Origin: the human T2T-CHM13v2.0 reference genome, Homo sapiens
Direction: 5' to 3' (one strand)
DNA length: 64,000 bases
NCBI RefSeq assembly: GCF_009914755.1
Contig: NC_060932.1
This document shows positions 54,901 through 64,000 of this stretch, one piece after another; within the stretch, counting starts at the first letter, position 1; every line of letters starts with the position of its first letter. The translations under genes and the position numbers were made by a program. The notes below the pieces were generated by a model, which had not been told where the DNA came from, searched no databases, and saw nothing but the letters and a program-made list of their open reading frames with translations.

Positions 54901-57547
54901 CTTAATCCCTCTGGGACAAGGTCCTTTCATGTTTAAACTTTAGAATACACTTTTAATTCTTCCTCATATTTTCTCTCTTAAGTTTGCTGTTAATTATGCA
55001 AATGTTGATAAATTATTCTATTGTAAAGAGTAAGTGACAATACCATCTGTTGCCATATCAATAAGAAGAAAGCCCAACATAATATGATTCAACCTGGATG
55101 GTTGGGTGAATTTCAAATCCAGGAAGTGATGGGTTAGATGAAATATATAAAGAGCTGAGATGAATGCTTCAGAAGCTTCTTAAGACATAGGCAAGTCTGT
55201 TTCTGCTTCTTGATGTCTTAATTTTTGACTTTATAAAATGGGTGTAATAATAGTTGTTTTGCATCTGTCCTAAGATCAAAAAAGGAGCCTGTATGTGAAT
55301 GTTTCTTGGAGGTGAAAAAGCACTATATAAATGTAAGGGCCTTGACGTGTTGCACAAAATTGAGGTACGGGCTCTTACATGTCTGGGCGGGAACCTTGTG
55401 AGAGGTATTCAGGGTTGAATGAATTTTCATTTCTTCAATAAAACAATCTTGGAGACGTGGTTGTTCATATGCACCCAGGAGCCTTGAAAGGTAAGGCTGT
55501 ATGAATAAGCATATGTGTGGATGGTGAGAATGAAGCCAGAGTGGAAATAAAAGTGATATTTTTAGCACCTACTTGATGCTAAATTGCTTTATATAGGTGA
55601 TTTCATTTAAGTTTACTACATACAAAGCCAATGAAAGAAGTGTTACAATTCGTCTATTACATATTAAGAACCAAGTTTCAGAGAGGTTAAGTAATTTGCC
55701 CTAGGTGTTGTAGGTTGTGGACAGGCCTGCTGTAGTCCCTGAGATGCAGAAAGAAAATTAGCAATTGGAAGTATGTGAATTCTGAAACCACAGGGTTTAC
55801 CTTATTTGTTGGTAGTCAGGCTGGAAGGGTGGTCTGCCCTTCCTCTAAATTAACATTATAAACACCAGCAACCCCCACCCTACCTTTCTTAGTGCTCTGA
55901 CATTATAACTTTCTCACCTTCTCCCACACAACCACTCAATCTCAGGCCCATTTCCATGGATAACTAGGAAGCACAAGGAATTATGTCTGTTCATCTGTAT
56001 CTTTGTCTTGTGTGCCCTTCACAAGGATTGTTTGCTTCTTTAGTAGTGAAAGCAAATTTGACCTAAGTTCCAGGCAACATTCTTAGCAATTTGGGACTCA
56101 AACCAGCTACCTATGGCTTTTCTTAGGCATACACTCTATGTGGAAGAACCAGAATCCTTACCAATTCCAGCTAATTCTCTCACCCATATTCTCATTCAGC
56201 TCACTTAGAGTGATGTGCAGAAGGGTAGATTCCACTTTGTAGATAATCATTTTTTAAAATTATAAAACAACAGTTATGGGGCTTCCATTTCTCTAAAATT
56301 CATTCAAAACTGTAAGAATTCACATAACGTTAGTAGTCAGAGTGTTTGGAGGCCTACTTTCAAAGAAGAATTGAGCCTGAGTTAAATACAAATGATTACT
56401 ACTCTTTAAATATTGTCTCTTTTGTTGGCAAAGGGGATGGAATTGATGACTAACTAGTTCCTTTATCATCAAGGTCTGTTATTTTTTCACAGTGACCTCA
56501 GAGTAGCCACAGCACTTGTGATCTTATTCATATGGGCTCCCTGCCCAGAAACACAAGGGAATGAATCTTTCCTTAAAATGAATAATACTGATGACTTTTG
56601 AGCACCTCGCTGCCTCCTAAAACAATTTAAACCTCTTATTGTTAGTAATAACGATACCTTTTAAGTGCATCCATGTTTCATTTATTCTTTGCCGCTGGAG
56701 AGCCTCACTAACAGCTTGTTTCTTTACATGGTATTGCCAAGACTAAGAAAAAGTGGTTTTCAAAGTGCTTGTAGAATTATCACTGGTAGAGATGTGGAAA
56801 GAGTACACATTTCAGGATGAGAAAGATCTAGGATTCAAGCTCAGTTTTGAATTTCCAGCTGTGTGTCCATGGGCATATTTCTTAAGCTTTCAGTTTTTCA
56901 GTTGCCTCATATATAAGACCCAAGTCATCATATGCACTTCTGTGGGTGAAGAAAGCTGCCTAGCTTGTGAGTGTTCAGTAAACCCCACTTCCATTCCTTT
57001 GTATTTCCTAGGGCATCTTAATGAGCTGTGGCACATTTTCCTGTATTGTTAGTCGTTATGGTGATTAGGTGAAAAATTTATTTATTTGTTAGTTCATGAA
57101 ATAAAATCTATTTATTTAAAATGTATCTGATTTTTAATTACACATTTATTTTTATTGTACAATAATACGCCTTCACTTCTCAAACTAAACAGAAACATAT
57201 ATGGTGAAAAATAAATCCCTCCTTACCTGCCCCTAATACCTAAGTTCCACTCCTTGGAAGTATACACAAATAAAAGTCTCATGTACACCTTTCTAGAAAA
57301 TTGCAGTGTATAAATGTGCTTAAATCGGCATATATCTTCTTTTTAAATAAATGCCCTTATTTATTATAGCTGCTCTCTATTTTTTTTGCTTAATTTATCT
57401 ACATAGGTTATTTATTTTCTCTAAATTTATACTAATTTACCTCTTTCTTCTTTATATTGGTATTAATAGTAAATTTATACTACTTCTTTCTGTTAAATAG
57501 GTTAATCATATTCTATAGTATAGAATATTATGACATATTAATATTAT

Positions 57548-57923
57548 TGTATTAGGCTATTCTCATGCTGCTAATAAACACATACCTGAGACTGGGTGAT
57601 TTATAAAGGAAAGAGATTTAATCAACTCACAGTTCCTCAGGGCTTGGGAGGCCTCAGGAAACTTACAATCATGGTGGAAGGGGAAGCAAACATATTCTTC
57701 TTCACATGACAGCAGCAAGGAGAAGTGCCGAGCAAAAGCGGGAACAGCCCCTTATAAAACCATCAGATCTCGTAAGAACTCACTCACTATGACAAGAACA
57801 GCATGAAGGTAATTGTTCCTGTGATTAAATTACCTCCCACCAGGTCCCTTCCACGATGCATGGGGATTATGGGAACTGCAATTCAAGATGAGATTTGGGT
57901 TGGGATACGACCAAATCATATCA
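57548..57923 (-). mobile_element. THE1C-like solo LTR (ERVL-MaLR)
   Basis: TGTATTAG...ATACCTGAGACTGGG...GGAAGCAAACA...GGAGAAGTGCCGAGCAAAAG...CATATCA. Perfect 5-bp TSD ATTAT. Confidence 0.93.
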
Positions 57924-58187
57924 ATTATTATTTGATAATTAATTTGATTATACGATATTATTATTTACTGAATAGCATATAATTTATTTTAGCATTCATT
58001 AGCAATAATGTTTAATACTTATTTTTGAGGTAAGTATGCTGGTTTTAGAGACAGACAAATTTTGGTTCAAATTTGGGATCTGCTGCTAGCACAGTGAAGT
58101 TGGACTTTTTTCCCATTTATTTAATCATGGCAAGTCTAGTTGCATCAAAGAATCATAAGAATTACATTAGCTAATCCTAAAGAAGAC

Positions 58188-58554
58188 TGCAATAGACTAA
58201 ATTTATGTGCCCTCATCAAATTTATACATCAAAATCTAATCCCCAATGTGACGGTACTGATGTTGGGGCTTTTGTGAAGTGATAAGGTTATGAGGGTGAA
58301 GCCCTCATGAATGGGATTAGTGCCCTTATGGAAGAAACCTCAGAGAGCTACCTGCTCCTTCTGTTATATGAGGGCATGGAGAGAAGACAGCTGTCTGTGG
58401 ACCAGGAACCATGTCCATTCCTATAGACATGGAATCTGCTGGTGACTTGATCTTGGACTTCCAGACTCCAGAGCTATAAAAAAATAAATTTCCATTGTTT
58501 AGAAGTCACACAGTTTATGATATTTTGTTCTAGCAGCCCCAAAGGACTAAAGAG
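58188..58554 (+). mobile_element. MLT1A0-like solo LTR
   Basis: CTAATCCCCAATGTGA...GCCCTCATGAATGGGATTAGTGCCCTTAT...TCTTGGACTTCCAG...GCAGCCCCAAAGGACTAA. TSD AAGAC / AGGAC. Confidence 0.85.
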
Positions 58555-61500
58555 AGGACCTAACAAATAATCAACTTCTAGATGGTTTCTAATGAATTCT
58601 AATAATAATAATAATAGTAATAATAATGATAACATCATTACTTCTAGTTGAAGAACAGTCCTTCTTAGTTGATGACTCTGAGAAACACAGCAGGTAGCAC
58701 TTATTTCTGCAGGATATGTGATTGTCACTGTTGTTGGCTTTGGTGGTCAGTATGAGCAGGCTGGGTAAATGAACCACAGGTCCTGATCCCTCTGAGAAAA
58801 TCTGCAGACAGACTCACTTTGAGATTATCCATCATGCTGTCATTCTCATTGGGAGAACTGTTTTCCTCTCTGGTAGCATGTGAGCTCCTGAGGGTAAGGA
58901 GAATAATTCCTTTCATATCCCTAGCACCTGGCAGTGGATGAGAAATACTGCTGTAGTGCTGTGGTCTTGATGGTGCTGGTGGTAGAGGAAGAAGAAATAT
59001 TAATAGGAGAAGGTAACATTTACTGAAAACTTGCTCTCTGTTTAGGGATTTGATTGAGTTAAGTGATTTAATATCCATATTCTGAGATAGCTGGTGCAAT
59101 TTTCAGCATATGACCTAACTTTTGTGTCTCTGTTTCTGAGTATATAAAATCAGGAAAATTGCAGAACTATCTCAGAGCATGGGCATAAGGTTTTAATAAG
59201 AAAATACATGCAAAGTGCTTAGAACACAGTCTAGCACATTGTGAGCATTCAGGAGCAAACTGAGGCTCAGCAAGCCTTAGAGGCTGCTGTAAGTAAAACT
59301 CCTGTGTACGTGGTGTAGACTCAGCACTCTGACTTCAGTAGTCCTGTTCATCACTGAGCCTTATGGCTTCTACAGGTTTTTAGTAAATGTGAGTTGAATG
59401 GATCACTGTTAAGCCTTGCTTTTGCAGAGAAAGAAAATTCGATTTAGGAAAGACAAACAAGCATATGTGACATTAGGAAATTGCAGAATCCTCCCAAGTC
59501 CTGTGATTTGGGGTGCATTCCACTATGATAAGCAGTGCAGTTCTTGGGCCCTGGCTTAGGCAAACTCCTGTATCTTGTACTTTCCACTTTTACACAGACA
59601 AGTGGGAGACAGGAGAGCATAGGAATGAGGAGTTCATGTTCTAATGCTTACCCTGTGTGACTTGAACCAGTCAATTACCCTGCTTATGCCTCAGTTCCCT
59701 CATCTGTAAAATTAATAATTTTTTTAAAAATTTCTAAATTTCTTACCACTTTTACCCCGCTTTGTTTCTTGAGTCACCCATATCTTACCTCCTATGCAGT
59801 GGAAGCTAAAAACCTATAAACTCCATCTTTCCCCACTACTCATTTGCCAGTTACCTTTAATAATCAATGAGCTGGTTTGTGTGCTCAGGTTATCCTGAAT
59901 ACAGATATACTGGGGGTTAACCTCAGCTTTTCTCCTATGGGCCTCAGATTGGAAAAGTGTTTTGAAACCATTTGCAGAGTGTGTGATCCCTTGACTCTGG
60001 ACCTGAGGAAGGGACCAAGGCCCCTTGCAGTGAATAGTCTTTGGGCAGCATGTCACAGTGACATCAACCTCATTTTTTTGTAGCATGATGCAGCCATCTT
60101 TAAATGGTTTACACCTGTTGTTACTATATGTGTGGTTAAGGCTTGGATGCTTTGACATGAAAACAAGAATGGTTGCTGGGAGACAGAACAAAGATGTGGC
60201 ATTCATGGACACTTGTGTCAGTATTTCAGAATTCTCAGCAGCATGTCAATTCAAACAGCTTTTGGGCACATTAGGGAGACAATTCAATAGAATTCAGAGA
60301 TCAAAATAAATCTTAATAGAATGTATCAGACACCTACAGCCAGGAGAATGCAATAACAATCAGCCACTTCAACTGCCACGTGCAATGTTGAATCCTGTCT
60401 ACCATCTTCAAGCAGAGAATGTGTCAAGCTCCTGTTTGAAATATCCTTTGGGATAGGAATCTCACTTCCTCATGAGAGTCTTCTAAAATCTAGAAAATTC
60501 TACCTGCTGCAATGTGTGTTTCTATAATGACTTGAAATATTTATAACCTCCATACAACAATCCCCATTGATAGAGTACCCAAATTCAATAGTTCTTCCAC
60601 ATGAGAACTCTCAATTCTTCTCAACCTTCTTCTCTAAGGCACTTCTCCCCAGTCTAAACATATTCTTCGGTCATTTCTCATGTGACATGATTTCAAACAC
60701 TGTCTTAGGAGAGAAATTATATTTCATTAGGAAGGCTAAATGTTAAATATTTGCTCATTAAATCAGTTAGTCATCAAATATAAATATCTTGCTTACCTGC
60801 TATAAGCAAGGCATTCTACAAGATACAGAGATGAATCAGACATGATCTTTTTCTGCAAGTTGTTCTAGCTTTGTCAACTTTTAGGAACTATACGATTTTG
60901 ATTGAGTTGTTGAACATTTCTGAATCTCAGATTTTTAAATCTCTAAAATGTGGATCAATTCAGCAATCACACAGGGTTGTTGTAAGGATCAAACACAATA
61001 ATGTATGTGATACTCTTCACAAACTCTAAAGTACCCTAAGAATGTTAGGCATCTTGATTAGAGGAGAGAGGAGGATCACAAATGTACGTAGAAAGTGACC
61101 AATATGAAGAGAATTATTAAAAATGTGCTAAGATTGGTAGACTGAATAATAAGTACAAGTTAAGTGCCAAGGAAGAGTGGACTCCTTAAGCCATGTCCAG
61201 ATGAGGAATCTGTTATGTAAACTTCCAAGCAGACGGAATTAACTCAAAACAAAAGAAGTAATGAGAACTTTAAGAGAGAAAGGCAAAACATTTTATTTTA
61301 TAAGAATCCATGTGGAAAAACGACTGCATTTGAAATTCTTTCCATGAGGCAAATGAAAGCAAAATACTTTGGAGGATGGCTTAGAAATAAATGCCATGTG
61401 CCTGTCTCTGTCTAACCACACCTGTGTGCTCCTTTATGATGGCATTCATGCTACATGCCCTCTGTCCCCCAACATGTACAATATAACACCCACTGTCCTG

Positions 61501-61664
61501 GCAAGAGTTCTACACACTATTTTGGGCAATTACTATTCTCCCCATTGGAATGCCCCTGGCTCTGGGGTAAAATTCCCAGCCATGGCCTCTAACCAAAAGT
61601 AGTAGTTGTTTCCATGGTAGAAGCCAGAGCTATCCCCAGAGAAACAAAAGATCATAGGCAGATG

Positions 61665-61790
61665 ATGAGATAATTTATTATGTAAAATGGGACACTTTAG
61701 AGAGTACAAAGGATGATTTTGAAAACTGTTTCAAAACAACAGGTGTATAATGGGACTGTCCAAGGCAAACTGGGGTGTGTGGTCAGACTA
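61665..61790. mobile_element. MER94-like hAT-Blackjack fossil
   Basis: TTTATTATGTAAAATGGGACACTTT...GGGACTGTCCAAGGCAAACTGGG...TGGTCA. Confidence 0.55.
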
Positions 61791-62678
61791 GCCATAAAAG
61801 AATGAGCTTTAGAGTCAATGTAGAGCAGGTTTCTCCTTTGGCCATTTGATTTGTCACTTTGGGCAAGTCATGGAACCTCTCTAAAACTCTTTCTTCATTT
61901 GCAAAATGTAATTAGTAATACCACTTTCAAAGTTGTGTTTTATGTATTGAATAACATAATGTATATAAAGTTCCTATCTCAGTCATGATACCTTGAGGTC
62001 TTGTCAAACATGTTGGCTTTATCTCTTTCTCATCTCTTTCTTCTGGTCCTTTCTTCCTGCCAGCCTGCCTTTCTCAAGTTTTTTGGTGGTAAAGCCAAGG
62101 CTAAGGGTGAGCAGACCCATGCTGAGTTAATCTGGGGCCATTACTATAATTCTGACCTGCAGACTCAGGCATGACTAAGGGAAAAAAGCAGGTAGATTCT
62201 ATGGGATGATGTCAGCTGCAGGTCAAAGCATTTTATATTCTGGAATGTGGGCATTTGGGGAGGTACAATATAGATAATGACAAAGAAGAAGGAAATAGAA
62301 ACATAGAAGGTTGGGATTCGTTCAATCATCCACCTATTCCTTTGAAGATATTAAGAGTCTATTAAGACTCCACCTCTGCTAGACATGGCAAATATGGTGG
62401 TAGCTGCAGACATGGATTCCACAATCATGAAGTCAATAATCTATAATTTCAAGAATCCTAGAGACCCTAAAGTGCTCCATGATTCTAAACAAACAAGAAA
62501 AAACAATAATATTTCAGCGAGTGTGCTTAAAGCATTTCATGGTTGCTGACATTTTTGCATTTACTGACAAATTGCAGATGCATGGGTGGCAGCCGTTCAC
62601 TCTGTTTGGAGGATAGGGATTGCATGACAAAAAGTCATTGTGGTTAAATATTATCATCCAAAGCTGTATCCTCTAATT

Positions 62679-62858
62679 TAGAGGTTTGCAAAATGTGGTA
62701 TTTTTGTTAATGAAGTTTTATGGGAACACAGCCATATCAACTTGCTTATGGATGGTCTGCTTTCAGAACAGCAGGATCAAATAGTTTGGACAGATATCTT
62801 GAGGCCCATAGCCTAAAATATTTACCATCTTACTCTCTAAGAAGTTCAGTGTTCCCTA
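62679..62858. mobile_element. MER58A-like hAT-Charlie fossil
   Basis: GAAGTTTTATGGGAACACAGCCAT...GCCTAAAATATTTACCATCT. 8-bp TSD CTCTAATT / CTCTAATG. Confidence 0.75.
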
Positions 62859-62961
62859 CTCTAATGCTCTTTTAGAGAGACTCAAAATACATTTGTATGC
62901 TAAAAACTCTGAGAAGTTTTGTACTCAATACATCTTTGAATTCTGTTTAACCCAGGACTTC

Positions 62962-63523
62962 TGTGGTAGACAGTTTCTAAGATGGCCCTCAGTGACTCCT
63001 ACCTCCGGCTATTCATGGCCTGTATACTCATTCCTCTCCCTCTGAGTAGAGGTTGGACTGAATAATTTTCTTTCTAATGAATAGAATGCAGCATAAATAA
63101 TGGGATATCATTTTAGATGCTGGATTATAAAAATATCTACGTTTTTGTCTGGGACACTCTTTGGTTCTCTCTTGCTCTAAGATCACCGACTACCATGTTG
63201 TGAACACACTCAGGAAGCGTCTAGTGAAACCCGCTTGGTGAGGATCCAAGATGTGCAGCCACATGAGTACACTTGAAAAGGGAGGTTCTGAGGCTGCCAA
63301 CAGCCATGTGCGTGAGCTTCAAAACAAATTCTCCAGCCCCAGTTGAGTTTTGAGATGACTACAGCCGTGACTGAGAGCCTCATGAGAGCCCCTAAGCCAG
63401 AGGCATGCTGCTAAGCTGAGACTAGATCCCTGACCCGCAGAATCTGTGAGGCAATAAACATTTGTGGCCTTATGTTGCTAAGCATTGGAGCCGTATGTTA
63501 CACGGTAATAAGTAATTAATACA
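62962..63523 (+). mobile_element. MLT1F-like solo LTR
   Basis: TGTGGTAGACAGTTTCTAAGATGGCCC...GAGATGACTACAGCC...TAATACA. Perfect 5-bp TSD ACTTC. Confidence 0.88.
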
Positions 63524-64000
63524 ACTTCCTCAAATATTCAGTCCTTGAAGTCACTGTGCACCTTCACTTCACAACACCCCCCACCCTTCGCAATGGATCA
63601 CCTATTGTCTACTTGCAAGATGCCAACTCTCCAGTCAATACAGTTTGAGAAATAATGGCAAAAGATATTAAATAATTGAATCTTCCCAATAGTTCAAACT
63701 AAATAATAATAAATAAAAATTATGTTTCTATCCTGATCTTGAATTAAAACCCCAAAGAGCTTGGTTTATTGTCTTTTATTCAATATCATATTAATAGGCA
63801 CCCTTTAGACAAATGATTTTTTTCAGATCAAGGTTCCCACACCACTATAAGAAAGAAGTATAATTATAAAAAATCATCAGAAAGAACAGCTGCTTCAGAA
63901 AAGAGTCTACCATCTCCTGCCCTGTGAACTCTGTGTTTTCCAGATTATAGAAGATATAGAGATACTGTGCAATAGGGAGGTCACTGACATCTTCCCGGCA

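Noticed and set aside
63982-63995. 14-bp match CACTGACATCTTCC with ~34026
   Set aside because: Several matches of this length are expected by chance in 64 kb.

Overview
AT-rich, CpG-depleted, repeat-dense simian primate (human-like) genomic DNA, most likely intergenic or deep intronic. I found no intact protein-coding gene, CpG island, structural RNA gene or prokaryotic system. The listed ORFs are chance or repeat-derived. Content: about 10 Alu copies or fragments (J and S families, most with TSDs), many MaLR solo LTRs (THE1C, MLT1A0, MLT1D, MLT1F, older MLT1), old L1M 3' fragments, L2/MIR fossils and hAT fossils (MER5A, MER58A, MER81, MER94). Two things stand out. (1) A 5'-truncated processed pseudogene of PCMTD2 (31073-33618) with the last ~32 codons (SOCS-box end), ~2.4 kb of presumed 3' UTR, a poly(A)-derived (GAA)12 tail and a 17-bp TSD. 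(2) At least six short (38-240 bp) locally duplicated segments, each 0.8-2.4 kb from its partner. Some are inverted or multi-part and have junction micro-duplications or fold-backs, which looks like repeated fossil templated-insertion DNA repair. Repeat subfamily names come from recalled consensus features, not from a search, and boundaries of old repeats are approximate.
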